64,000 bases of DNA from an uncultured Gemmatimonadales bacterium (GTDB lineage Bacteria; Gemmatimonadota; Gemmatimonadetes; Gemmatimonadales; GWC2-71-9), in assembly GCA_963695555.1 (NCBI GenBank), contig CAVOGR010000001.1:64001-128000 (forward strand), given 5' to 3'. Below the pieces are notes generated by a model. That model saw only the letters and a program-made list of their open reading frames with translations. It made no database searches and was not told where the DNA came from. Shown here piece after piece: positions 39,434 to 49,175 of the stretch. The stretch's first letter is position 1, and each line of letters starts with the position of its first letter. The position numbers and the translations under genes were made by a program.

Positions 39434-39904
39434 ATGAGCACCGACCCCACCCACGGTACCCATCCCCAGCTCGCCGGCTTCCCAGTCGTCCTGACCCTAC
39501 CTGTCCAGTGGGGTGAGATGGACGCGTATGGACACGTCAACAACGCGGTCCTCTTTCGTTATTTCGAGTCCGCGCGAATCGCCTACCTCGAGCGGTGCGG
39601 GTTCATCGATTCGATGGAGCAGGACCGTGTGGGTGCCATCCTGCATTCCACCGCCTGCCGGTTCCGGCTGCCGTTGTTTTACCCGGACACGGTCCAGGTC
39701 GGGGCGCGGGCCACCGACGTCGGGCCCGATCGATTCACGATGGAATACCGCGTCGTGTCGTTCGACAAGAATGCGGTGGCCGCCGAGGGGCACGGCGTGA
39801 TCGTATCCTACGACTACACGCACGCCCGCAAGGCGGACCTTCCGTTGGCCATCCGGCGGAAGATCGCATTGCTCGAGGGCGAACGCGATTCCCGGTCTAC
39901 CTGA
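39434..39904 (+). CDS. Hotdog-fold acyl-CoA thioesterase
   Basis: WGEMDAYGHVNNA..FRYFESAR and PLFYPD. Confidence 0.92.
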   Translation: MSTDPTHGTHPQLAGFPVVLTLPVQWGEMDAYGHVNNAVLFRYFESARIAYLERCGFIDSMEQDRVGAILHSTACRFRLPLFYPDTVQVGARATDVGPDRFTMEYRVVSFDKNAVAAEGHGVIVSYDYTHARKADLPLAIRRKIALLEGERDSRST

Positions 39905-39906
39905 CC

Positions 39907-40590
39907 ATGTCAGATTCAGCCCTCAGCTTTGACGACGTCTCCAAGCGGTACGGCGATTCCGGCGTGGGCGTCCGGACCGCTCTCGCCGCCGTCTCGTTCG
40001 ACGTCGCGCGAGGAGAAACCATCGCCATTGTCGGCCGAAGCGGCAGTGGAAAGTCCACCTTGCTTCACCTCGCGGCCGGCATCGACCTCCCCACCTCGGG
40101 CCGCGTCCGGGCGTTCGGCAGGGATCTCGCCGGCATGACCGAGCGTGAACGGGCCCGGTTCCGCCGCGACGACGTGGGCCTCGTCTTCCAGTTCTTCCAC
40201 CTGATGCCGCACCTCTCCGTCCGCGAGAACGTGGCCCTGCCGGCGCTGATTGCCAGGAGCAAACCCGCGGTCTTCGAGCCGCGCGTCAGGGATTTGCTCG
40301 AGCGGGTGTCGTTAGCGGACCGAGCCAAGGATTCAGTTCAGGAGCTGAGCGGCGGGGAGATGCAGCGGGTTGCCATCTGTCGTGCTCTCGTCCGGCGCCC
40401 CAGGCTGCTGCTCGCCGACGAGCCAACGGGCAATCTCGATGACCTGACCGGGCGATCCGTGATGGACCTCATGATGCAATTGGTCAGCGATGAGGGCGCG
40501 ACCCTGGTCTTCGTGACGCACAGCGCCGAAATGGCAAGCCGAGCCGACACGGTGTGGTCGCTTCATAGCGGGAGACTCGCTCGCGCGTGA
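39907..40590 (+). CDS. ABC transporter ATP-binding protein (LolD/MacB-like)
   Basis: GRSGSGKST, LSGGEMQR, LLADEPTGNLD and VTH. Confidence 0.95.
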   Translation: MSDSALSFDDVSKRYGDSGVGVRTALAAVSFDVARGETIAIVGRSGSGKSTLLHLAAGIDLPTSGRVRAFGRDLAGMTERERARFRRDDVGLVFQFFHLMPHLSVRENVALPALIARSKPAVFEPRVRDLLERVSLADRAKDSVQELSGGEMQRVAICRALVRRPRLLLADEPTGNLDDLTGRSVMDLMMQLVSDEGATLVFVTHSAEMASRADTVWSLHSGRLARA

Positions 40591-43109
40591 TACGGTATCT
40601 CCTCGCCACCCTTCGTGCCCGCCTCAAGCGAGGAAAGGCGCTCTTTCTCCTGACCGCGTTCGGCGTGACGCTGGGTGTTGCGGCCGTTTTGTCGATCCAG
40701 ATTATCAATCGCAATGCCCTTGCCGCGTTCCGAGGAAGTCTCGAAGCCGTGAGCGGGCAAGCGGACCTGTCGATTGTGGGAACGACGGTCACGTTTCCCG
40801 AGGCCCTGTACGTGAACGTCCTCGCCGACAGCGGCGTTGCGGCCGCCTGGCCGGTGTACCGGACGGCGGTTGCGATAGCCGGGCGCACCGAGGCGTTCCT
40901 CGAGGTGGTCGGCGTCGACCTGTTCCAAAGCTCCGGCCTGCCGGTCGATCCCGGGGTGGGCGATCTCGGCGCCGCTCTCAGGGTGCCTGGCTGGGTCGCG
41001 CTGACACCGAGTTTCGCCGGTGTGCTGGGGCTGCATGTGGGTGATACGATGTCGGTATCCACCGGGTCGCGGCGTGTGACGCTCGTGGTCGGAGCGCTAG
41101 TGGATTTTCAATCCGTGGCGCCGCTCGCAAGCAGTAAGCTGGCAGTCATGGATATTGCGCAGGCCCAGGCGTTGTTTGGATCGCCGGGAGCAATCAGCCA
41201 AATCGATGTGCTCCTCCAAGACGGGGCACCGGTGGAAACCGTCCGCGCCCGGCTCAGTGACGCGCTCGGCCCCGGCGTCGAGGTGCTCACCCCGGTCCAA
41301 CGAGAACAACAAGCGTCGAATTTGCTCGGGGCCTTCCGGCTGAACCTTACCGCCCTGAGCCTGATCAGCTTGTTCGTCGGTCTGTTCCTGGTGTTCAGCA
41401 GCACCCAGGCTTCCCTGGTCAGGCGCCGGGCGGAATTCGGATTGCTGCGCTCGCTCGGCGCTACGCGAAGCCAGGTGCTGACCATCATCTTGGTAGAAGT
41501 GGCGCTCCTGGGGGCAGTCGGTGTGGCGGTAGGGTTGCCGTTGGGGTATTGGGTGGCGGCAGTGAACGTGGACGCCGTCAGCGCCACGATCTCCAATCTC
41601 TATTTGCTGAACGAAATCGAGACCCTGGAGCTTCCCCTGGCACTCTACGCGCTGGCGACGGCCATCGGGGTCGGGGGCGCACTGATCGCCGCACTGCAAC
41701 CAGCGATCGAGATGAGCCGCCGCGACCCGAGTTCTTTGCTCACGCCGTTTACTCTGCATGAGCGGTTGAAGACGGCTGCCGGGCCGCTCTTCCTGGCCGG
41801 CATCGGGCTCTTGGCTCTGACGGCGCTCTGGTACGTGACCCTGGGGCACGGGTGGCGTCCCGCGGGGTTTGCCTTGGCCGTGAGCCTCCTGGTCAGCCTC
41901 TCGCTCCTCACGCCCCGGATGATCCGCGCGGTGACCAGTCCGCTTCGCGTTCGGCACCTCGGATTGGCGTACAGTCTGAAAACCCTTGGAGCCCGACTCC
42001 AGACCACATCCATCGCGGTCGCCTCCGTCGCCATCGCCGTCAGCATGCTCGTCGGGATCACCCTGATGGTGGGGAGCTTCCGCCGCACGGTCGATGTCTG
42101 GATCGGGACCACGGTTCGCGCGGATGTGTACATCACGTCCGAATCGTGGGCTCGCTCCGTCAGCGCCGCGCCGTTGGATGACCAATTGGTGGCAGCGTTG
42201 AGCACGTTGCCGGGGGTCGTCGCGGTGGATCGACTGCGGGCGCTGTCCCCAACCATCGGAGGACGTCGGATCTTCCTTGCCGGGGTCGACCTATCGCTTC
42301 CCCTCGCGGGTCGATTCTCTCTGTTGGCGGGCAACGACAGCGCGGCAGGCGCCGCCGTCCGTGATAGCGGCGCCGCGTTGATCAGCGAGCCCTTGTCCCG
42401 CAGGCTGGGCATTGCCGTCGGGGATACCCTCGCCGTGAGCCGGCCCGGCGGTACGGTGGCGCTTTCCGTTGCCGGCGTCTATTACGACTACGGGAACGAA
42501 TCGGGAGCGGCGGTGATCGACCTCCGCACCATGGACCAGGCGTTCGGCCCCGGGCAAATCAGCAACATCGCGCTTTACCTCGACCAACGCACCGATGCGG
42601 AGGCCATGGTCGACCAGATTCGAGCACGGTATCCGGACGTTCCGCTCCAGGTGCGCAGTAACCGACAGCTCCGGGCCGAAGTGCTCAACATCTTCGATCA
42701 GACATTTGCCATCACGCGCATCCTTCAGGCCATGAGCTTGATCGTGGCCGCCGCAGGGATCGCGCTCACGTTGGTGGTACTGGCGCGTGAGCGCCTGTCC
42801 GAACTAGCACTCTACCGCGCCCTGGGAGCCACCCGGGACCAGATCTTTCGCATCTTCGTGGGCAAAGGCCTGGCGATGGGCGTCGTGGCGTTGGTCCTGG
42901 GTGCGGTGGGAGGATTGATTCTCGCCTGCATCCTGATCTACGTCGTCAACCGCTCCTACTTCGGCTGGACCATCCAGTTCTACTGGCCGGTGCTCGAACT
43001 GGTGCAACAAGCGGGGACGATCCTCTTGGCCGCCGTTGTCGCGAGTCTCTTTCCGGCCCTGCGCGCCTCTCGTACTCCCGCGACAGAATTGAGCAGGGAC
43101 GACCTGTGA
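40587..43109 (+). CDS. FtsX/MacB-type ABC permease (two repeats)
   Basis: RRAEFGLLRSLGATR and ELALYRALGATR; GTGA overlap. Confidence 0.92.
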   Translation: MIRYLLATLRARLKRGKALFLLTAFGVTLGVAAVLSIQIINRNALAAFRGSLEAVSGQADLSIVGTTVTFPEALYVNVLADSGVAAAWPVYRTAVAIAGRTEAFLEVVGVDLFQSSGLPVDPGVGDLGAALRVPGWVALTPSFAGVLGLHVGDTMSVSTGSRRVTLVVGALVDFQSVAPLASSKLAVMDIAQAQALFGSPGAISQIDVLLQDGAPVETVRARLSDALGPGVEVLTPVQREQQASNLLGAFRLNLTALSLISLFVGLFLVFSSTQASLVRRRAEFGLLRSLGATRSQVLTIILVEVALLGAVGVAVGLPLGYWVAAVNVDAVSATISNLYLLNEIETLELPLALYALATAIGVGGALIAALQPAIEMSRRDPSSLLTPFTLHERLKTAAGPLFLAGIGLLALTALWYVTLGHGWRPAGFALAVSLLVSLSLLTPRMIRAVTSPLRVRHLGLAYSLKTLGARLQTTSIAVASVAIAVSMLVGITLMVGSFRRTVDVWIGTTVRADVYITSESWARSVSAAPLDDQLVAALSTLPGVVAVDRLRALSPTIGGRRIFLAGVDLSLPLAGRFSLLAGNDSAAGAAVRDSGAALISEPLSRRLGIAVGDTLAVSRPGGTVALSVAGVYYDYGNESGAAVIDLRTMDQAFGPGQISNIALYLDQRTDAEAMVDQIRARYPDVPLQVRSNRQLRAEVLNIFDQTFAITRILQAMSLIVAAAGIALTLVVLARERLSELALYRALGATRDQIFRIFVGKGLAMGVVALVLGAVGGLILACILIYVVNRSYFGWTIQFYWPVLELVQQAGTILLAAVVASLFPALRASRTPATELSRDDL

Positions 43110-44275
43110 TGCCGAATGCGGGGACGGCGCGTCTCTCGCGCATGCCGCGTACCGGTGCCGGCTGTTGGCTCATGCTCGCCGCCGTGACCAGCAGCCCGGC
43201 ACTCGCGCAGGCGCCGGACTGGACCTATGCCAAGCCGGGGTTTGAGTGGCAGTTTCCCCGAGACCACTGGGCGCACACCGGCTACAAGACGGAGTGGTGG
43301 TACTTCACGGGCCAGCTGACGGATACGTCGGACTCGACCCGGCGATTCGGCTATCAGTTCACATTCTTTCGGGTCGGAGTCAGCCCTGACTCCCTGCCGA
43401 TCAACTCCACCTGGGCCGTGACGGATCTGGTCATGGGGCATGCCGCGTTGACCGATCTCGCGACCGGAACGCACCGATTCTCCGAGCTGGTATACCGGGC
43501 CAACGGGCTCCTCGGAGGGTTCCCCCAACCGCAAGACAGCGTGGTCGCCTGGAGTCGCGCACCCGCCGGTACCGATGGCGTGTGGGAACTGCGCTGGGTC
43601 GACCAGCGCTTCGCCTTCAATGCGATCGATGACCGCGCCGGATTCGCATTCACTCTCGAGACGCGGCCGGAGAAACCGTTGGTGTTTCAGGGTCCCAATG
43701 GCTACAGCCGCAAAGGCAACAGCCAAACGGCGGCGAGCTTGTACTACAGCTTCACGCGGCTCGGCACGAGCGGTACGGTCACCATCGACGGGAAGGAGTA
43801 CACGATCGGCGGTGAGAGCTGGATGGACAAGGAATTCGGGTCCAATCAGCTGACCGGAAACCAGGTGGGGTGGGACTGGTTCAGCCTCCGGCTGAACGAT
43901 GGCCGAGACGTGATGGTCTATCGGCTGCGAGACCGTGACGGGACCACCGACTTCGCGCGGGCGACCGTCGTGAGCCCAGAGGGAACACCGCGTTTCCAGG
44001 GTGGAGATGCGTGGGATGTGGAAGTTCTCGATACCTGGCGCAGCCCGGCCACCGGCGCGGAGTACCCGATCCGTTGGCGCATCGGGGCCCGCGACGAGGG
44101 GATCTCGTTCGTCGTCACGGCGGAGCTTCCGGATCAGGAGAACGTCAGCCGCCTCGTTCCAGGGCTCTTCTACTGGGAAGGCTCGGTCGTCGTTACCGAT
44201 GAAAGCGGCCTACCCTTGGGAGTCGGGTACGTCGAACTCACCGGGTACGGCACGGCCGCTCCTCCGGCCATATAG
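43106..44275 (+). CDS. AttH/CrtC-like lipocalin-fold secreted protein
   Basis: FPRDH..H...KTEWWYFTG, YYSFTRL, WMDKE, GWDWF, YWEG and GYVELTGY. Confidence 0.88.
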   Translation: MMPNAGTARLSRMPRTGAGCWLMLAAVTSSPALAQAPDWTYAKPGFEWQFPRDHWAHTGYKTEWWYFTGQLTDTSDSTRRFGYQFTFFRVGVSPDSLPINSTWAVTDLVMGHAALTDLATGTHRFSELVYRANGLLGGFPQPQDSVVAWSRAPAGTDGVWELRWVDQRFAFNAIDDRAGFAFTLETRPEKPLVFQGPNGYSRKGNSQTAASLYYSFTRLGTSGTVTIDGKEYTIGGESWMDKEFGSNQLTGNQVGWDWFSLRLNDGRDVMVYRLRDRDGTTDFARATVVSPEGTPRFQGGDAWDVEVLDTWRSPATGAEYPIRWRIGARDEGISFVVTAELPDQENVSRLVPGLFYWEGSVVVTDESGLPLGVGYVELTGYGTAAPPAI

Positions 44276-44377
44276 GCCTCCCTCGTGGGTCGCCGGCTCC
44301 TTTCGCTCCGGTTGATCAGTCGTTGAGCAAGGGGTTCCGAAAGAATCCAGGCGGTCGGCCCGGCGAGCCGCTTCAGG

Positions 44378-46618
44378 CTAGGCTTCTCGACGGTCGGTCG
44401 GGTCGCGGGGAACCGGACCAGTCCTTCGCGCGGCATCCCGCAGATCGTGGAGGAACGCGCGTGCATCCACCACCACCACCCGGTCCGGATAGGCGAAGAC
44501 GGGATTGGCTTCGATTTCTTCGATTTCGGGATGCGCGAGGGCGCAGGCAGCCACGCCAAGGATTGCGTGGATCAACGCCTGGCGATCGGCGCCGGGGCGG
44601 CCGCGGAAACCGGCGATGAGCGGGGCCAACTGAATCTCTTCGAGCATCTCCGCGACATCGTCTCGGTTGACCGGGAGCCTGCGATGGGTCGCGTCCTGCA
44701 GCACCTCGACGGCAATGCCCCCCGCGCCAACCGTGAGGACGGGGCCGTATTGCTGGTCGCGCTTGACGCCCACGATCAGCTCCACCACGGGCGACGGCAG
44801 CATGGGCGACACCAAGACGCCCCGGAGATCCGGTGCCACGCCGCGCGCAACCGCGTACTGCGCTGCCGCCTCGAGGACCTGGTTGAATGCCCGGCGTGCC
44901 TGGTCCTCGCCCTCGATGTCGAGGGCGACTCCGCCTGCCTCGGTCTTATGGGACAGGGTGGGTGATACGATCTTGAGCACCACGGGTTGGGCGAGCTGGG
45001 CGGCAGCCTGGACGGTCTGATCGGCCGTCCTGGCGAAGATGGCCGGTACGACCGGGACCCCCTGCTCCGCCAGGAGCTCGCGGACTTCGATTTCCATGAG
45101 CGTACTGCGGGCCTCCCGCCGGGCCGCGGTAATCGCGGGGGGCTCGGTCTGCCGAGGTGCCAGTGGAGCCGCAGGGAGCGGCCGGCGTTGGAGAAACCGC
45201 CCCCGGGTGTAGGTCGCCCTGAGGCAGCGGGCCCCAATCTCGAGCGACGTGACCACAGGAATACCCTGGCGGCGGAGCAGGGTGAGGGGCTCGGAAGGTC
45301 CGCCGGCATAGAGGGAGTGAATGACCAGTGGCTTGCCCGCGGATGCCATGATGCTGCACATCTGTTCGGCCGCGCGACGCTCGTACGAGGCCAGCTCCTC
45401 CGCGAAGCGTATCGCGTACCCGCCGAAGAGTCCCACGATCAGCACGCCACCCACGTTAGGGTCCGGGGCGAGAATCTCCAGGGCCCGGGCGAGCACTGAA
45501 GGATCGCGATCCGCGGCGCCAGCCACGTCGATCGGATTCGAGACGCTCGCCGCTCGGCCCAGCAAACGTTTCAGCTGTTGGGCGGTGGCAGACCCAAGCT
45601 CGGCCAGCTCCACGCCGAGTTCGGCCAGCGCATCGGCGGCCAACGTACCGTGGCCCCCGCCGTCGGAGAGAATGACGGCCCCCGTGCCCGCCTGCATGAC
45701 CGGCTGATTGACCAGGGTGAAGCCGACTGGGACGAGTTCATCCGATCGTTGCACTTCGATGATTCCGCTCTGGCGGAGGGCGGCACGGAGCACCGGATAC
45801 GAGCCGGCGATGGCGCCGGTGTGCGATCGGGCCGACACTATCCCTCGGGGAGAGCGGCCGCCCTTGAGAAGCACGATGGGGAGTTGCGCGCTCAACCCAC
45901 GGGCGACATCGATGAATCGCTGGCCATCGCGAAATCCCTCCACGTACATCAACGCAACGCGGGTGTGGCCGTCGGTTGCGGCGTATTCGAGGTATTCGTG
46001 GAACGCGATGTCCGATTCGTTGCCGACGCCGACGTAGAGCGAGATCCCAAGCGCGTCCCGTACACACTCTCGCAGGATCTCGAGCCCCACGTTGCCCGAC
46101 TGGGAGAAGAGCGCAAGGTGTCCGGCGGGAACATCGGGCACCCCGACCAGGTTGAGGCCCGAAGCTGTGTTAAGCACGCCCGACGTATTGGGCCCAACGA
46201 GCCGGAGCCCCGTGCGGTGCACGACCTCGAGAATCTGGCGCTCGAGGTCGCTGCCCTCTTCACCGGACTCACGGAAGCCAACCGCGGAGATCACGGCGCC
46301 ACGTATCCCGCGACTGGCACACGCCGTCAGCACCTGCGGGACCGCCGCCGCCGGAGTGCAGACGAAAGCGAGATCGGGAGCGCATGGGAGTTCTGCGACC
46401 GACTTGGCGACGGGAACACCCAGGATCTCGCCGCCGGCCGGGTTGACGGCAAAGAGCCTGCCGGCAAAGCCGGAGGCCTGCAGGGTCTTGATGGCCTGGT
46501 ACCCGCGTTTGGTGGGGTCGCGCGAGGCCCCGATGACGGCAACCGACTCGGGATCGAGCACAGCGCCGAGCGACGCCCTCGTGCTAGGAACCGGTGAAAC
46601 GTGGCTCGCGTCGTTCAT
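44378..46618 (-). CDS. ADP-forming acyl-CoA synthetase (acetate-CoA ligase family)
   Basis: PESVAVIGAS, GPN, SQSG, SHTGA (phospho-His), NPID and ATP-grasp HKTEAGGV. Confidence 0.92.
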   Translation of the reverse strand: MNDASHVSPVPSTRASLGAVLDPESVAVIGASRDPTKRGYQAIKTLQASGFAGRLFAVNPAGGEILGVPVAKSVAELPCAPDLAFVCTPAAAVPQVLTACASRGIRGAVISAVGFRESGEEGSDLERQILEVVHRTGLRLVGPNTSGVLNTASGLNLVGVPDVPAGHLALFSQSGNVGLEILRECVRDALGISLYVGVGNESDIAFHEYLEYAATDGHTRVALMYVEGFRDGQRFIDVARGLSAQLPIVLLKGGRSPRGIVSARSHTGAIAGSYPVLRAALRQSGIIEVQRSDELVPVGFTLVNQPVMQAGTGAVILSDGGGHGTLAADALAELGVELAELGSATAQQLKRLLGRAASVSNPIDVAGAADRDPSVLARALEILAPDPNVGGVLIVGLFGGYAIRFAEELASYERRAAEQMCSIMASAGKPLVIHSLYAGGPSEPLTLLRRQGIPVVTSLEIGARCLRATYTRGRFLQRRPLPAAPLAPRQTEPPAITAARREARSTLMEIEVRELLAEQGVPVVPAIFARTADQTVQAAAQLAQPVVLKIVSPTLSHKTEAGGVALDIEGEDQARRAFNQVLEAAAQYAVARGVAPDLRGVLVSPMLPSPVVELIVGVKRDQQYGPVLTVGAGGIAVEVLQDATHRRLPVNRDDVAEMLEEIQLAPLIAGFRGRPGADRQALIHAILGVAACALAHPEIEEIEANPVFAYPDRVVVVDARAFLHDLRDAARRTGPVPRDPTDRREA

Positions 46619-47384
46619 GGAACGCGTTGATTCCCTCGCGCCAGTCGCGCGTCTGCATGCATTCGAGGAGCGCCTCGCCTTCCTCGGCCAGTGCCGCGTC
46701 TCGGTCGATCGCGCCTGCGCGATCGAACAGTCGCTTGGCCAAGGCGAGCGACAGTGGAGCCATGGCGGCGAGCCTTACCGCCAGGCTCGTCGCTGTCTCC
46801 CCTACCTGTGCGCTTGGAACGCATTGGTTGGCCAGTCCGAGCCGGACCGCTTCCTTCCCCTCGATGAAGTCCGCTAGGAACACCAATTCCTTGGCCTTGG
46901 CGAGGCCGACACGCTCGGCCAGTGTGTACGTTACCCCACCACCCACGAAGGTGCCCAGCGCGATTTCGGGAAGCCGAAGCTTGGCTTCTTCCGCCACGAT
47001 GATGAGGTCGCATGAGAGCGCGAGTTCCAGGCCGGCGCCGATAGCGTGGCCGTTGACTGCCGCGACCACCGGTTTCGGCAGCGTCTGGAGCTGTCGGTTG
47101 GCCTGCTGCGCGGCAGCGATGTAGTATCGCCGCTCGTCCGGAGTGGGCTCCGTCTCGCCGTGAGCCTTGAGGTCGGCGCCCACCGAGAACGCCCGTCCGG
47201 CTCCGGTGATCACCAGGGCTCGGGTGGAGGAGTCGCTCGAGATAGTGCGCAGGGATTCGGTCAGCGAGTCGTACAGAGGAAGGCTGACTGCGTTGAGACG
47301 GGCCGGCCGGTTCAGGGTCAGGGTGGTGACCGCACCGTCACGTCGAACGAGAACTGGTGCCGATTCAGGCGGCTCCACTGACAC
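46584..47384 (-). CDS. Enoyl-CoA hydratase/isomerase
   Basis: LNRP..LNA, AFSVGADL, GAGLELALSCD and LPE. Confidence 0.92.
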   Translation of the reverse strand: MSVEPPESAPVLVRRDGAVTTLTLNRPARLNAVSLPLYDSLTESLRTISSDSSTRALVITGAGRAFSVGADLKAHGETEPTPDERRYYIAAAQQANRQLQTLPKPVVAAVNGHAIGAGLELALSCDLIIVAEEAKLRLPEIALGTFVGGGVTYTLAERVGLAKAKELVFLADFIEGKEAVRLGLANQCVPSAQVGETATSLAVRLAAMAPLSLALAKRLFDRAGAIDRDAALAEEGEALLECMQTRDWREGINAFHERREPRFTGS

Positions 47385-47489
47385 CTCGTGGTCGTTGAAG
47401 GACCTGGTGGATGCGCTCTGCTCGCTTCGCAGAATAGCCCCACGGAAAGGGCGACGCCACCGCGATGGGCGCCGGCGGGGCTAGGACGA

Positions 47490-49043
47490 TCACACTCCGC
47501 GGGGCAGAGCCGCCCGCACGGCGTCCGCACTGTGTTGAGCGAGCCGGTCGGCCAGGCCCTGGAGCTCTCGGTATCGCTTGCGGGTCGCATTCCGGAAGAT
47601 GGTGCGGGCCAACAGGTAGGACCCGCTGACCCAAACCACGGTCAGGATCCCGGCGGCCACGGGAGAACCCAGGGCACCCATGCCCACGCCCATCGTGATG
47701 CCCATCCCTCCGCCGCCCATGCCGCCCATGATCCCACCGAATGTTCCGCCGGCGAAGTTCCGCATCCTCTCGCTGATCCTGATTCTGGTCTGGCCGGCCC
47801 GAGGTGTGATGGTTACGTGAACGTCGCGCGCGACATTCCCCATGGCGGCGCTGTTCCACGTCAGCGACTTGCCGAGCGTGCTGACACTGCCCACGTGTCC
47901 AAGCGTATTCCGTATCTCTTCGACGAGCATGAGGTACTCGGACTCGGGGACCTCTCCGTCGACCGTGCACTCGACATCGAGTGTCGTTGGACCTCCGAGA
48001 AACGGATTGGGGCGAAGCGGGGCTTGGTCGCGCGGCTCCATTGCGCGGGCGGCGGAACGCACATGCTCGGGGGGGATGCCGACATCCGCCGCGATCTGCT
48101 GCACCGTGCCCAGGGTCAGTGCATCGGTCTGGGTCGGATTGCGTGCCTCGAGGTCGGCGGCGCGACCGACGATGTGGTCGACCTCGGTCCTACTGTAACG
48201 ACGCACTCCCATGGGTCGTTCCAGGGCCTCGACAAACTCCGTCGGGGTCGCGAACCGCTGCTCTGGTCGAAGGGCCAGTGCCTTGACTAGCGCCCGCTCC
48301 ACCTGACTCGGCAGGGTGTCGAGCCGGTCGCGGTGTTCCGGCTGGGCGTCGACGAAGCGCTCCAGGCGAAGGGCTTCATCCGACGGCCACATGTCGGGTG
48401 GGCTTCCGATCAACATTTCGTAGGTGACACACGCCAAGCCGTAGACATCAGCGGCTGGACCAATGTCGGTGCGCCCGATGGCTTGTTCGGGACTCATGTA
48501 TCCCGGCGTGCCGAGCGGAACGCCGGTCCGGGTAAGGTGCTGCACTCCGGCGGAGCCCACCGCTCTGGCAATGCCGAAGTCGGCTACCACGGCGTGCCCC
48601 TCGGAGAACAAGATATTCTCGGGCTTGATATCCCGATGTACCAGGCCTTTGCGGTGGGCGTAGGAGAGTGCATCGGCCACTTGGCGTGTGATGGCGAGCG
48701 CGTCGGGCAGCGCCAGAATTCCGCTTCGTTCGAGCCGCCGCCGCAGCGACTCTCCCTGGACCAACGGCATGACGTAGTAGAGGAACCCGGCGGCCTCGCC
48801 CGAATCGATGAGGGTCAGGACGTGGGGGTGAGTAAGCTGGGCCGCGATCTCGATCTCTTTCAGGAATCGGTCGGGCCCCAGCGTTGCGGCGAGATCCGAG
48901 CGGAGCACCTTGATGGCGACCGAACGATTGTGCTTGATGTCTCGCGCCACGTACACCGTGGCCATCCCGCCCCGTCCCAGCTCCCGTTGGATCTGATAGC
49001 GGCTGGCCAGGGCGGCGGCGAGTGGTTCAGGGATCGTGGTCAT
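47490..49043 (-). CDS. Ser/Thr protein kinase with C-terminal membrane domain
   Basis: LGRGGMATV, VAIK, HRDIKPEN, DFG and GTPGYMSPEQ; C-terminal Gly/Met-rich TM hairpin. Confidence 0.93.
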   Translation of the reverse strand: MTTIPEPLAAALASRYQIQRELGRGGMATVYVARDIKHNRSVAIKVLRSDLAATLGPDRFLKEIEIAAQLTHPHVLTLIDSGEAAGFLYYVMPLVQGESLRRRLERSGILALPDALAITRQVADALSYAHRKGLVHRDIKPENILFSEGHAVVADFGIARAVGSAGVQHLTRTGVPLGTPGYMSPEQAIGRTDIGPAADVYGLACVTYEMLIGSPPDMWPSDEALRLERFVDAQPEHRDRLDTLPSQVERALVKALALRPEQRFATPTEFVEALERPMGVRRYSRTEVDHIVGRAADLEARNPTQTDALTLGTVQQIAADVGIPPEHVRSAARAMEPRDQAPLRPNPFLGGPTTLDVECTVDGEVPESEYLMLVEEIRNTLGHVGSVSTLGKSLTWNSAAMGNVARDVHVTITPRAGQTRIRISERMRNFAGGTFGGIMGGMGGGGMGITMGVGMGALGSPVAAGILTVVWVSGSYLLARTIFRNATRKRYRELQGLADRLAQHSADAVRAALPRGV

Positions 49044-49175
49044 GGCTCACCAAATTAGCGCCGGGAGCCGACGGAAGGCGAGTCAGAGCGCGAGTAGGGG
49101 GCCTAACGCACCGAGCCCGCCGCAGAAGGGCAGGCTCAGGTTCTCGCGATCGGTGATGGATGTCTCGAACCCGAT

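Noticed and set aside
43106..44275. Carotenoid biosynthesis (crtC)
   Set aside because: Secreted and coupled to an ABC transporter, with no crt genes nearby; the AttH-type context fits better
47690..47750. GGM-coding repeats as a DNA repeat element
   Set aside because: Explained by a Gly/Met-rich membrane segment of the kinase
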